A DNA stretch of 64,000 nt. Origin: Candidatus Aminicenantes bacterium (lineage in GTDB: Bacteria; Acidobacteriota; Aminicenantia; JAMOAD01). Location of the stretch: positions 3,956-67,955 of the forward strand of contig DAONEM010000008.1 of NCBI GenBank assembly GCA_035403085.1, read 5' to 3'. Positions 26,017 through 35,522 of this stretch are shown here, piece after piece (within the stretch, counting starts at the first letter, position 1; each line of letters starts with the position of its first letter). Both the position numbers and the translations under genes were made by a program. Below the pieces are notes generated by a model. It was not told the origin of the DNA. It saw nothing but the letters and a program-made list of their open reading frames with translations, and did no database searches.

Positions 26017-29000
26017 ATGAAGAAGCGGATGGTCTTGGTGGCGGCGATCGTTTTCGTTGTTGTTATGGGAGTTGTGGCCACTCTTCTCTGGAGGGGGAGA
26101 GGGGCCTCTTCCAGGGTTCTGACCCCTCAAGTGGAGGGGGAGCTGATCTCCTTCCAGGGGGAGGGAAAGGAGGGACTCTCCATCCGCTTAGCCGCTTCAG
26201 GCGATGAAGCTACCCGTCGGTCGGTGCTCTACTTCGATTTTGGAAAAGACCTCAACCCCGAGGCCGCCAAGGGGCAGTGGATCATCAAGGATCTGCCGGT
26301 GAAGATCGACCCCCCGATTCAGGGGGAGTTTCTCTGGGAAAGCCCTTCCCGACTGGCCTTCCATCCCGAGGAGGATTGGCGCCCGGCGACTCTCTACAAG
26401 CTCGTGCTCCGCTCTCTCAAGACTCCCGCCGGGGTCGTCTCGGCGGAAGAGCCCTTCTTCTTCTCCACTCCGGAGTTTCAGATTCAGGAGGCCCGGGTTG
26501 TCTCCTCCTCTCTCGCCAACCGGAGCGCCGTGGTCCGCCTCTTCTTCACCTACCCCGTCACCCGGGATTCCGTGGAAAAGAGCCTGAGCTTCGAGGATGC
26601 GGAGACGGGAATGGCCCTCCCCTATACCCTTCAAGGGGGGGAGAGCGACAGGGAGGTGCTCGCCGAGCTCTCCTCCTTGCCGGAGCATGTGATGAGGAAA
26701 CGGTCCGCCCTCTTGGTGAAGGTCGCCCCAACCCTAGGGGCCAAGGAGGGGGGAGTCACCTTGAAGGAGGCCTTCAGCCGTCTTCTGAGCCTCCAGGAGG
26801 CGGAAGCCTTCAAGTTCGTCAAGCACGAGTTTTTGGAGGGAAGGGAGGGGTTCACCCTGGTCCTGCGGTTTTCTTCCCAGCTCTCCTCCGGAGATCCTTC
26901 CCAGTACGTCTCCCTGGCTCCGGACATTCGACCCTCGGTCCGTCGCTCCGGCGAGACCCTCCTCATCAGCGGGCCCTTTCGTTCCGGGGAGAGCTACAAG
27001 ATCACCCTTAAGCCGGGGCTCCTCTCCACCGACGGCAAGGAGCTGAAGGAGGGGACCACCTGGGAGGCCAAGGTCCCCGACTTTACCCCCTCTCTCCGGT
27101 TTCTTCAGAAGGGGCGTTACATCAACCGAAGCGGCTCTCCCTCTGTGAGGGTCGAGACCCTGAACGTCGAGAAGGCTAAGGTCATCGTCCGCCGGATCTA
27201 CCCCAACAACCTCGCCTTCTGGTACGGGAAGTACTACAAGAATCAGTGGCGTTACGACCGACAGGCCGACAACTACATCTCTTCGGTCATCTACGAGAAG
27301 GAGATCCGGATCCGGGCAGGGAAGAACCAACGGACCTTGACCAGGATGGGCCTGGAGGAACTGGTCGGGAAGAAGATGAAGGGAATCTTCGAGATCAAGA
27401 TCTTCGCCCAGGGAAACGAGTACGATGAGAGTCTGAGCGATATTCTCTGGTTGAACTTCACAGACCTTGGCCTCGTCTACAAGAAGTCCCGGAACGCCCT
27501 TACCCTTTGGGCCCTGGACCTGGCCACCCTTCGACCCCAGTCGGGAGTCAAGGTCGCCCTGGTCACCCTGAACAACCAGACTCCCGCCTCCGGCCAGACC
27601 GGATCCGACGGCTCCTTCACCTTCACGAACCTGAAGGATTTGGGGAAGGTCGGGGAGCTTCTTCTCGTTCAGGCCGAGAGGGGAGACGACTTAACCTACC
27701 TGGATGCCGACTTCGCACGGATCGAGACATCGGATTTCGATACCGGCGGAGATCCTTGTCCCGAGGGGGAGAGTTATCAGGCCTACCTCTACGGTGACAG
27801 AGACCTTTACCGTCCCGACGACACAGCCCACCTGGTGGCGGTGGTTCGTGACAAGTGGCTCAAGCCTCTGGCCGACAACATGCCTCTGACCCTGAAGGTC
27901 TACCGCCCCGACGGTCGCCTGAAAGGGGAGTACCCTGTCCACGGGGACGGACAGGGGACGGCGGAGTGGACCCTCACCTTCTACCCCTACGAGAAGACCG
28001 GTTCCTACAGGGCCAGGCTCTACCTCGGGAAGACCCCTGTGGGCGAGACGACTCTGAAGGTCGAAGAGTTCCTTCCCGAAAGAATCCGCGTGGACGCGAC
28101 TCTCGACAAGAGGGAGTACGGCGTCGGCGAAGACTCCAAGACCAAGGTGGGAGCCGACTATCTCTTCGGAGCCCCCGTCGCGGGTGGACGGTTCCGTCAG
28201 GAGGTGTTCCTCCTCTCGGCTCCGACCCTCTTTCCAGGGTTCTCCCGCTACCGTTTCGGAACCGAGATGGAAAAGCCTGAACAGATCAAACTCTTTGAAC
28301 AGGAAGGCACCCTCGACGAGAAGGGGCGGGGTGAGACGCGTTTCGTCCTCCCCTCCGGGGATTACGCCGGGAAGATGAACCTCAACGTCTACACGGAGGT
28401 CTTCGAAGGCGACAGCGGCAGGAGCGTGCGGCGGAAAGCGGAGGCCCTCTTCTCTCCCTACACCGAATATATCGGCCTGGAGGAGCCCATCGGCTACCTC
28501 TCCGAAGGGAAGAGGAGCGATATCAGAGGCGTCGTCCTGGACTCCCGGGGAAGCAGGAGGAACGGCGAGAGGCCCCTGCGCTACGCCCTCTTCCGGAGGC
28601 ACTACAGCTGGGTCTCCTATTACGATAACCAGAGCTGGAGCTACCAGTACAAGAGGGTCTTCTACGAAGAGATCGTCGACGAAGGCTCTTTGGTCAGCAG
28701 GAACGGGGATTTCCTCTACACCTTTGTCCCCGGTTGGGGAAGCTACCGTCTGAGGGTCTCAGACCCGACCGGAGGGGCCAAGAGCGACCTCCTTCTCTCG
28801 ACGTACTGGTGGGAGAGCGACGGGCAGGAGCAGAGAAACCTTCCTCCCGAAAGGCTCTCCCTGGTGTTGGACAAACCCAGAGCCAAGGTGGGGGAGAGCG
28901 TCAAGGTGGGATTCCGGGCTCCCTTCACGGGCAAGGCCCTCCTGACGGTGGAGGCGGACACCCTCCTCTCTTCCCAATGGGTGGACGTGAAACGGGGGGA

Positions 29001-31467
29001 GAACACCCTGGAATTGAAGGTTCAGGAGGGGATGTACCAACCCACGCTCTACCTCTCCCTCCTCCTGATCAAGAGCACCGGACCCGAGGATCCCTACCCC
29101 TCCCGCGCCTTCGGGACTCAGCCTCTCGCGGTGGAGCCCCATAAGAACAAAGTGGCTCTCTCCTTGGAGGTTCCCCAGCAGATCAAACCCGGAACGAAGC
29201 TGGCGGTGGCCCTCAAGTCTCCGGGTCTCTCTTCGGCTCAAGTGACCTTGGCGGCTGTGGACGAGGGGATTCTCCAGATCACCGGTTTCCCCTCCCCCTC
29301 CCCTCTGGACTTCTTCTTCCGGAAACGAAGGCTCGAGACCGACACCTTCGACATGTTCGGTATGCTTCTGCCGGACATTCCCAAAGGGAAGGGGAGGCGC
29401 AGCGGAGCCGGCTACGCCGAAAAGGCGGAAGGGAGGGTGACGCCGGTCGTGAAGAGGGTCAAGCCCGTGGCTCTCTGGTCCGGGCGGGTCAGACTCCAAG
29501 GGGGGGGCGCGCGGGTGGAGTTTTCCCTCCCCGAGTACCAGGGTAAGCTGAGGATAATGGCCGTCGCCGTTGCGGGGGAACGCTTCGGTCAGGCCGAGGG
29601 GTTTGTCACCGTTCGGGACGAAGTGACTCTGGAGTCTTCGGCTCCCAGGTTCCTTCTTGAGGGAGACCGCTTCGACCTTCCGGTGACCCTCTTCAACAAT
29701 ACCGACAAGGCGAAGGTCCTGAAGGTCGGCGCCGAGACCAGAAACATCTCCCTCTTGGGTGGAGGCGGGAAAGAGGTGACGGTTCCCGGGAAGGGGAACG
29801 TCCGGGTTACCCTCTCGCTACAGGCCGGTGCCGCATCTCCGGAGGGGGCGCACCTCAAGGTTTACGCGGTGGGCGGCAACATCAAGAGCTCTCAGACTCT
29901 GGACTTCCCCGTGGACGATCCGGCCCCTCTCGTGAAGGAACGGGAGATCATCAAGATCGAACCGGGTTCCCGCACCCTCTCCTGGAGCGGTGAGGGGTGG
30001 AAGGGAAAGGGCCCCCGGGTGACTCTCGGCCTCTCCCCCTTCGGCTTCATCCGGGAGATGAGCTTCGTCAAGAACCTTCTGGAGTACCCCTACGGTTGTC
30101 TTGAACAGACGACCTCCGCCTCCTTCCCCCTCCTCTACCTGAAAGAGATTCTCCAGATTACGGCACCGGAGGCCCTCAAGAAGGCAACCCTCCCCCAGCT
30201 TGTCCAGAAGGGGATCGAGAGGGTACTTTCGATGCAGACCGTGTCCGGAGGGTTCGCCTTCTGGCCCGGAGAGACCTACGAAAACCCCTGGGGAAGTTGT
30301 TACGCCCTCCACTTCCTGCTGGAGGCCTCGGAGGCTGGGTACAATGTTCCCGAGTACACCGTGGAGAACGCTCTTCGCTATCTGCAGGAGACGCTCCCCT
30401 ACAAGAAGGGGGAAGGATCTATCACCTCCCGGTTCGATCGGGGCGCCTACGCCATCTACCTGCTCAGCCGGAAGAAGAAAGTCGATGGGAGCACGATCCT
30501 CTCCTACCAGCAACGTTTTGAACCCCTCTTTTCGACCGAGGGGAGAGCCTTCATGGCGGCGGCTCTCTTCCGATCCGGTGACTTCCAGAGAGGGCGCGAG
30601 CTGATGAGAAGGGTCGAAGGGGCGGAGGGAAAGCCCAACGGGGAGAGTTTCTTCACCCCCCTTCGCCGTGACTCCCTGAGGCTCTTCTTGACCGAGGAGA
30701 TGGGCATGCCCGTGGACCTCTCCCTCCTCCAAAGGGTGGCCGGTGAGATCGTCAGCCAGGGGGAGGGTTTCTACACGACCCAGGAGATGGCCTGGGGGTT
30801 GTTGGCCTTGGGAAAGAGGCTCCGCAAAGAGGGGGCCTCCACGGAGTTGAAGGCGGATCTGAAAACCGCCGCCGGTCGGCTTCTCAAGAGTGTCTCCGGC
30901 CCCGGAGGCTCTCACGTGGTCTCCCCCGGGGAAACATCGGTGGAGGTGGTGAACAAGGGAGGCTCCCCCTTCACCCTCCTCTTGCTCAAGGAGGGACGGC
31001 GCTCGGGGGGAGAGGAGAAAGAAACCGAGCGGGGAGTCGCCGTGGAGAGGAGCTACTACACGATCGACGGGAGACCTCTGCTGACGGGTTCCGGCGAGCT
31101 CAGGGTTCGTCAGGGGTCGCTGGTGGTGGTGAAGCTCTCCGTACGCAGCACCGCCGGGGTTCCCTTCCGCCAAGTGGCTTTGGACGATCGGATCCCTGCA
31201 GGCTTCGAAATCGAGAACCCCAGGTTGGGCAAGGAGCACCCCCTCCCCTGGATAGGAGCGCCCACGCTGGAACCCCGTTTCATGGACATTCGTGACGACA
31301 GGCTCTCCCTCTTCTTCGACCTGGAGAAGAAAGAACTCTTCTTCTACTACGTTATCAGGGCCGTGAACCGGGGACGTTTCCGCCTGCCTCCCGCCAGGTG
31401 CGAGGTCATGTACGAACCGGAGAACTCCTCCCAGAGAGGAGGAGGCTGGGCGGAAGTGGAAGGTTGA
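26017..31467 (+). CDS. bacterial alpha-2-macroglobulin family protein with thioester motif
   Basis: It is 1816 aa. The thioester motif is CLEQ in YPYGCLEQTTSA (nt 30097-30108). The architecture is MG-domain-like, and the N-terminal hydrophobic helix MKKRMVLVAAIVFVVVMGVVATLLW has no lipobox Cys. Confidence 0.9.
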   Translation: MKKRMVLVAAIVFVVVMGVVATLLWRGRGASSRVLTPQVEGELISFQGEGKEGLSIRLAASGDEATRRSVLYFDFGKDLNPEAAKGQWIIKDLPVKIDPPIQGEFLWESPSRLAFHPEEDWRPATLYKLVLRSLKTPAGVVSAEEPFFFSTPEFQIQEARVVSSSLANRSAVVRLFFTYPVTRDSVEKSLSFEDAETGMALPYTLQGGESDREVLAELSSLPEHVMRKRSALLVKVAPTLGAKEGGVTLKEAFSRLLSLQEAEAFKFVKHEFLEGREGFTLVLRFSSQLSSGDPSQYVSLAPDIRPSVRRSGETLLISGPFRSGESYKITLKPGLLSTDGKELKEGTTWEAKVPDFTPSLRFLQKGRYINRSGSPSVRVETLNVEKAKVIVRRIYPNNLAFWYGKYYKNQWRYDRQADNYISSVIYEKEIRIRAGKNQRTLTRMGLEELVGKKMKGIFEIKIFAQGNEYDESLSDILWLNFTDLGLVYKKSRNALTLWALDLATLRPQSGVKVALVTLNNQTPASGQTGSDGSFTFTNLKDLGKVGELLLVQAERGDDLTYLDADFARIETSDFDTGGDPCPEGESYQAYLYGDRDLYRPDDTAHLVAVVRDKWLKPLADNMPLTLKVYRPDGRLKGEYPVHGDGQGTAEWTLTFYPYEKTGSYRARLYLGKTPVGETTLKVEEFLPERIRVDATLDKREYGVGEDSKTKVGADYLFGAPVAGGRFRQEVFLLSAPTLFPGFSRYRFGTEMEKPEQIKLFEQEGTLDEKGRGETRFVLPSGDYAGKMNLNVYTEVFEGDSGRSVRRKAEALFSPYTEYIGLEEPIGYLSEGKRSDIRGVVLDSRGSRRNGERPLRYALFRRHYSWVSYYDNQSWSYQYKRVFYEEIVDEGSLVSRNGDFLYTFVPGWGSYRLRVSDPTGGAKSDLLLSTYWWESDGQEQRNLPPERLSLVLDKPRAKVGESVKVGFRAPFTGKALLTVEADTLLSSQWVDVKRGENTLELKVQEGMYQPTLYLSLLLIKSTGPEDPYPSRAFGTQPLAVEPHKNKVALSLEVPQQIKPGTKLAVALKSPGLSSAQVTLAAVDEGILQITGFPSPSPLDFFFRKRRLETDTFDMFGMLLPDIPKGKGRRSGAGYAEKAEGRVTPVVKRVKPVALWSGRVRLQGGGARVEFSLPEYQGKLRIMAVAVAGERFGQAEGFVTVRDEVTLESSAPRFLLEGDRFDLPVTLFNNTDKAKVLKVGAETRNISLLGGGGKEVTVPGKGNVRVTLSLQAGAASPEGAHLKVYAVGGNIKSSQTLDFPVDDPAPLVKEREIIKIEPGSRTLSWSGEGWKGKGPRVTLGLSPFGFIREMSFVKNLLEYPYGCLEQTTSASFPLLYLKEILQITAPEALKKATLPQLVQKGIERVLSMQTVSGGFAFWPGETYENPWGSCYALHFLLEASEAGYNVPEYTVENALRYLQETLPYKKGEGSITSRFDRGAYAIYLLSRKKKVDGSTILSYQQRFEPLFSTEGRAFMAAALFRSGDFQRGRELMRRVEGAEGKPNGESFFTPLRRDSLRLFLTEEMGMPVDLSLLQRVAGEIVSQGEGFYTTQEMAWGLLALGKRLRKEGASTELKADLKTAAGRLLKSVSGPGGSHVVSPGETSVEVVNKGGSPFTLLLLKEGRRSGGEEKETERGVAVERSYYTIDGRPLLTGSGELRVRQGSLVVVKLSVRSTAGVPFRQVALDDRIPAGFEIENPRLGKEHPLPWIGAPTLEPRFMDIRDDRLSLFFDLEKKELFFYYVIRAVNRGRFRLPPARCEVMYEPENSSQRGGGWAEVEG

Positions 31468-31483
31468 ACAGGGAAAGCCGCTT

Positions 31484-31515
31484 GCAGTCCACCCGGGGGG
31501 GACCGGGTGGACTGC
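31484..31515. terminator. perfect 13-bp hairpin between convergent A2M and DUF853 genes
   Basis: GCAGTCCACCCGG-GGGGGA-CCGGGTGGACTGC. There is no U-tract on either strand. Confidence 0.45.
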
Positions 31516-31632
31516 TACCCCTCTACGAGCCCGAGGGCCGAAGCCTCTCCGCACCCCTCAGGCGTACCTCTCCCGAGATGAAGGGGAAGGGGATCCCTTC
31601 TCCTTAGGTTCTTCTCTTCGTCGAAGCCGGGG

Positions 31633-33132
31633 TTACTTCTTCCCCCCGAAGAGGGAGCCCAGGATGCTCCGGATAATGGTTCTTCCCATCTGAGAGCTTG
31701 CGGAACGGAGGGCGCTCTTGGCGACAGCCTCAATCATGGAATCTCCCCTCCTGGCAGGAGCGGCCGCCTTCTCCTGTTTGGCCTGAGCCGCCGCTTCCTT
31801 CGCCTTGGCCGCCTCCGCCTGTTCCTTGGCGGCGTTCTCGGCGGAGATGGCGATGCGCTTGTTGAGAAGTTCGTAGGCGGATTCCCGGTCGGTGACCTGG
31901 GAGTAGAGGGAGGCCAAGGGACTCATCCGGCTGATTCTCACCCGCTCTTCCGGAGGGATGGGACCGATCTGGGAGCGAGGCGGGAGGACCCAGGCCCTCT
32001 CCACGGGAATGGGCGTTCCCTTCGGATCGAGAAGGGAGATCAGGGCTTCCCCGACCTCCAACTCCGTGAGGGCCTTCTCGGCGTCCACGGCGGGGTTCTG
32101 GCGGAAGGTCTCCGCGGCGGCCCGGACTGCTTTCTGATCCTTGGGGGTGAAGGCTCTCAGGGCGTGCATGATCCGGTTCCCCAACTGACCGAGAATCACC
32201 TCCGGGATGTCCGCGGGGTTCTGGGTGATGAAGTAGACTCCAACGCCTTTGGAGCGGATCAAACGGACGACGAGCTCCACTTTTTCCAGGAGAACCGTGG
32301 GGGCGTCCCTGAAGAGGAGGTGAGCCTCATCGAAGCAGAGGATCAGCCGGGGTTTCTCGAGATCTCCAACCTCCGGGAGGTTCTCGTAGAGCTCTGAGAG
32401 AAGCCAGAGAAGGAAGGTGGCGTAAAGCCGCGGTCTCTGGATAAGCTCGTCTGCGGCCAGAACGTTGATTCTGCCGTACCCTCTCTCATCGTTCCCCATG
32501 AGGTCGGCGATACGGAGGACGGGTTCGCCGAAGAGAGCCTCTCCGTCTTGCTCTTCCAGTGTCAGAAGGGCCCTCTGAATAGAGGAGATGGAGACCGAGG
32601 AGACCAGGCCGTACTTCGTGGAGATCGCCTTCACGTTCTCCTGGGCGAACTGGAGGACCGCCCTAAGGTCCTTGAGGTCGAGGATGAGGAGGCCCTCGTC
32701 ATCGGCCATCTTGAAGAGAATCGAGAGGACTCCGCTCTGGATGTCGTTCAGATCGAAGAGGCGGCTGAGAAGGAGGGGCCCCATGTCGGAGACCGTCGTC
32801 CTCAGAGGGAGACCCGTCTTGGCGAAGATGTCCCAGAAGAGAAGGGGGTACCCTTCGAAGGGGTGGTCCGTCACCTTCAACAGGTTGAGCCGGGAGGCGA
32901 TCTTCGGCGTCGCCGTCCCTGGAACAGCCAGTCCCGAGAGATCTCCCTTGATGTCGGGCAGGAAGACCGGGACTCCCAAACGGCTGAAGTTCTCGGCGAG
33001 CCCCTGAAGGGTGACCGTCTTCCCGGTCCCCGTGGCTCCGGTGATCAGGCCGTGGCGGTTTCCCATCTTGGGATGGAAGAGAATCGGATTTTCGTTCTGG
33101 GCGATGAGGAAGGGGGAGACAGGTTGGTTCAT
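31633..33132 (-). CDS. DUF853/YjgR-family HerA-FtsK-like P-loop ATPase
   Basis: It has Walker A GATGTGKT, Walker B LILCFDEAH and a low-complexity Ala/Lys/Glu-rich C-terminal segment typical of YjgR-like proteins. ATG 33132 is preceded by GGAGG. The TTG at 33144 in the ORF track is less likely. Confidence 0.82.
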   Translation of the reverse strand: MNQPVSPFLIAQNENPILFHPKMGNRHGLITGATGTGKTVTLQGLAENFSRLGVPVFLPDIKGDLSGLAVPGTATPKIASRLNLLKVTDHPFEGYPLLFWDIFAKTGLPLRTTVSDMGPLLLSRLFDLNDIQSGVLSILFKMADDEGLLILDLKDLRAVLQFAQENVKAISTKYGLVSSVSISSIQRALLTLEEQDGEALFGEPVLRIADLMGNDERGYGRINVLAADELIQRPRLYATFLLWLLSELYENLPEVGDLEKPRLILCFDEAHLLFRDAPTVLLEKVELVVRLIRSKGVGVYFITQNPADIPEVILGQLGNRIMHALRAFTPKDQKAVRAAAETFRQNPAVDAEKALTELEVGEALISLLDPKGTPIPVERAWVLPPRSQIGPIPPEERVRISRMSPLASLYSQVTDRESAYELLNKRIAISAENAAKEQAEAAKAKEAAAQAKQEKAAAPARRGDSMIEAVAKSALRSASSQMGRTIIRSILGSLFGGKK

Positions 33133-33159
33133 AGTGACCTCCAAGGGGGTTCTCTTGTT

Positions 33160-33188
33160 ATTAAAATGGAGAGGAGGGAAGATGTCAA
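33160..33188 (-). promoter_or_regulatory. sigma70-type promoter of the DUF853 gene (TTGACA-17-TTTAAT)
   Basis: On the minus strand, TTGACA is at 33188-33183 and TTTAAT at 33165-33160. A leader with GGAGG follows. Confidence 0.55.
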
Positions 33189-33195
33189 GAGAGAA

Positions 33196-33223
33196 AGAGC
33201 CTGCCAGTCTCCGGGCAGGCTCT
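33196..33223 (-). terminator. intrinsic-terminator-like hairpin after the radical SAM gene
   Basis: A 10-bp perfect stem AGAGCCTGCC/GGCAGGCTCT has an 8-nt loop. On the minus strand it begins 6 nt after the stop and is followed by TTCTCTCTT. Confidence 0.5.
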
Positions 33224-33228
33224 CTTCT

Positions 33229-34236
33229 TCAGGAGCCCTCTTCGGTCTTTTTGCTGAGGGCGCGACGGACCCTGGCGGGAATCTCCCCCCAGACATAGCT
33301 CAAGGGGGAAGCCGTGTAGAGGGAGTGCTGGATGGCGCAGGCGATCCCGCACCCGTTTTGGCAGGGCTTCCGCTTGTTCCATTGCCAAAGGTCTTTCAGT
33401 CCGATCCGGTCGAAGGGGATCTCTGTCCTTAGTACCGAACAGGGCCAGAAGAGACCCGACCCGGAGACGAAGAAGATCTTATAGCCGGAGACGCAGCTCC
33501 ATTCAGGTTCGTGTCCTTGTAAGCGGCTTCGGTAGTGGTTGAGTACCGCCGTTGTTCCGTGGACCTTGCACCCTCTCCTCTTGAGTTCAAGCTGAAGTTC
33601 GATCAGCTCCAGAGTCTTTAGCCTCTCGCCTTCGGGGACCCTGAAGGCGCCCGCATCGTCGGCGTGGATGGGCCGGAGCTCCGTCGGGAAGCCCAAGGCC
33701 AGACCCTGCTTTAAGACATCGCCGATCTGGTCCAGGGTGTCCGCGCAGATCACCCCGGAGAGGTGGGTCTTGATGGGGCTCCCCCTCAGCAGCTTCAACG
33801 CCGGCATCTGGAGTTTCAGGGCCTTCTTCGTGACATCCGAGGGGGTGATCCGGTCTGTGGAGACCTGGAGGGCGTCGAGCCCGGCCTCTTCGATCCCCTT
33901 CAGAAGCTTGGGGTTCAGGAGGAGGGCGTTTGTGGACATGCTCACAGTGAGCCCCTTCCCCTTCGCGTAGGCGACCACTTCGACGATGTCCGGGTGTAGC
34001 AGGGGCTCCCCTCCGGCGAGGGCGACCTTAGTGACGCCCAGGGCGGAGATCTTGTCGATCCGCTGCTTCAGGTCGTCGAAAGAGGGGTGAGGCACGGAGT
34101 TGTCGTTCTCGCCGCAGTAGCTGCAGGAGAGGTTGCAACGGTCTGTAACGTAGAGTCCGGCGTGCATCGGACGTTTATCGTAGCCACGGGCCAGGGCGGC
34201 GAGCCAAGGGATCTCGTGGTGGCGTGAACCCCTCAT
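33229..34236 (-). CDS. radical SAM protein (MoaA/PqqE-like core with C-terminal Cys cluster)
   Basis: It has CNLSCSYC (CxxxCxxC) near the N-terminus and GGEPLL. C-terminal cysteines (WPCS...KPCQNGCGIAC) suggest an auxiliary-cluster or SPASM/twitch-like region. Start is at ATG 34236, overlapping the upstream stop in an ATGA. The longer ORF-track N-terminus is Pro/Arg-rich read-through. Confidence 0.85.
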   Translation of the reverse strand: MRGSRHHEIPWLAALARGYDKRPMHAGLYVTDRCNLSCSYCGENDNSVPHPSFDDLKQRIDKISALGVTKVALAGGEPLLHPDIVEVVAYAKGKGLTVSMSTNALLLNPKLLKGIEEAGLDALQVSTDRITPSDVTKKALKLQMPALKLLRGSPIKTHLSGVICADTLDQIGDVLKQGLALGFPTELRPIHADDAGAFRVPEGERLKTLELIELQLELKRRGCKVHGTTAVLNHYRSRLQGHEPEWSCVSGYKIFFVSGSGLFWPCSVLRTEIPFDRIGLKDLWQWNKRKPCQNGCGIACAIQHSLYTASPLSYVWGEIPARVRRALSKKTEEGS

Positions 34237-35522
34237 GGGGCAACCTTTCGGAGCCTGGTGAAGATGCTGAACATGATTCCTCCTCCTTTGATCATCAGGG
34301 AAAGCAGGGCGTAGAGGGCTATGCAGGCGAAGCCTAAGAGGGGCTTGCCCACGAGGACGAAGGGGGCGAAGGTCCACAGGTAGGTGTTGCGTCGCCCAGC
34401 GAAGACCCGTAAGGCCCGGGCGAAGGGTCCGCTGTCGTCGAACTGAAGGTGAAACACTCTCCGGTAAGCGGCTGTGAGGACCATGTCGAGGACGTTGGCG
34501 GCGAGGATGGTTCCCAGGGAGATCAGGGGTAGGGTGACTCTGCCCCCTGCCGAGAGATGCCAGGCCAGTGCCAGGTACCATCCGTTCTCGTAGACCTTGT
34601 CGAGGTGGTGTTCCCATTCCCCTAGGGGGGAGAAGTGGAGTTTGACACGGGCCTGTTTTCCGTCCAGTCCGTCGAGGACTCCGACGATGAGGGCCAGGAC
34701 CAGGCCGGAAGCAAGGAACCCTGCGGCGAAGAGGCCGAGGGCGGCGAAGGCCGCGAGGTTGTTGAGAACCGTGAGCTGGTTGGGGGTGATCGACCACTCA
34801 CAGATTTGCGATATGAGCGCGTTCTCGATGGGGCGGTGGATGTACCAGGCCGGCCAATCGAGGACAAGCTTTTGGGAAGAGCTGATCAAAATGCTCTTTG
34901 CGGCGGGGTTGTCTTCCGGCCCCTTCACCGGGAAGAAGAGAAAGGGGACATGGGCGCGCATATCGGGTTTGTAGTTGGGGAGGGTCGAGAGGTCGAGAAG
35001 GAGATTCGGCTCGTCTCCCACGGCTTTGACAGCCTCTTGGGCGAGAGAGAGGGGGGAGGGGAGAGCGAATCCGGCGAGGCGGGAGAGGGAAATTCTTGCG
35101 ACTCCCGCAAAGAGGTAGGGACGTCCGGAAAGGGTGATCGACGGGAGGCCTGCCCGGGAAGGGACACACTCCTGAGGAATGAAGCAGAGACGTTCGCCCC
35201 CTTGGGAGAGGAGAGCCGGTAGCCGTGAGTCGACGAGGGCCGATCCGTCCAGAAGGAGAACCTGCGGGGTGCCGTCGGCGGGCAAGAGAGAGGGATCGAT
35301 TCTTCTCCCCTCGTCGAGAGGAGAGACCGTGAAGGGGATGTTGAACTTCTTCAGCTCCGAGAGGATTCCTTCGGGGACCTCCCCTTTGGGGCAGAGAACC
35401 GTTATTCCGGAGACACCCTCGTAGTAGAGGGTACGAAGGGAGCGCTCCAAGACGGTCACACCGGCGATTCTCACGAAACTCTCTGCAGAGGCCAGGACGA
35501 ACGCCCTCGTCGGAGTGGTCAT
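34233..35522 (-). CDS. fusion protein: degenerate nucleotidyltransferase-like N-domain + CDP-alcohol phosphotransferase-family membrane domain
   Basis: The C-terminal polytopic domain carries DGLDGKQAR (D-x2-DG-x2-AR, nt 34647-34673). The N-terminal roughly 200 aa resemble the NTP-transferase fold start (AFVLASAE..RIAGVTVLERSL) but lack the GxGxR loop. Start is at ATG 35522 (MTTPTRAF). Confidence 0.7.
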   Translation of the reverse strand: MTTPTRAFVLASAESFVRIAGVTVLERSLRTLYYEGVSGITVLCPKGEVPEGILSELKKFNIPFTVSPLDEGRRIDPSLLPADGTPQVLLLDGSALVDSRLPALLSQGGERLCFIPQECVPSRAGLPSITLSGRPYLFAGVARISLSRLAGFALPSPLSLAQEAVKAVGDEPNLLLDLSTLPNYKPDMRAHVPFLFFPVKGPEDNPAAKSILISSSQKLVLDWPAWYIHRPIENALISQICEWSITPNQLTVLNNLAAFAALGLFAAGFLASGLVLALIVGVLDGLDGKQARVKLHFSPLGEWEHHLDKVYENGWYLALAWHLSAGGRVTLPLISLGTILAANVLDMVLTAAYRRVFHLQFDDSGPFARALRVFAGRRNTYLWTFAPFVLVGKPLLGFACIALYALLSLMIKGGGIMFSIFTRLRKVAP

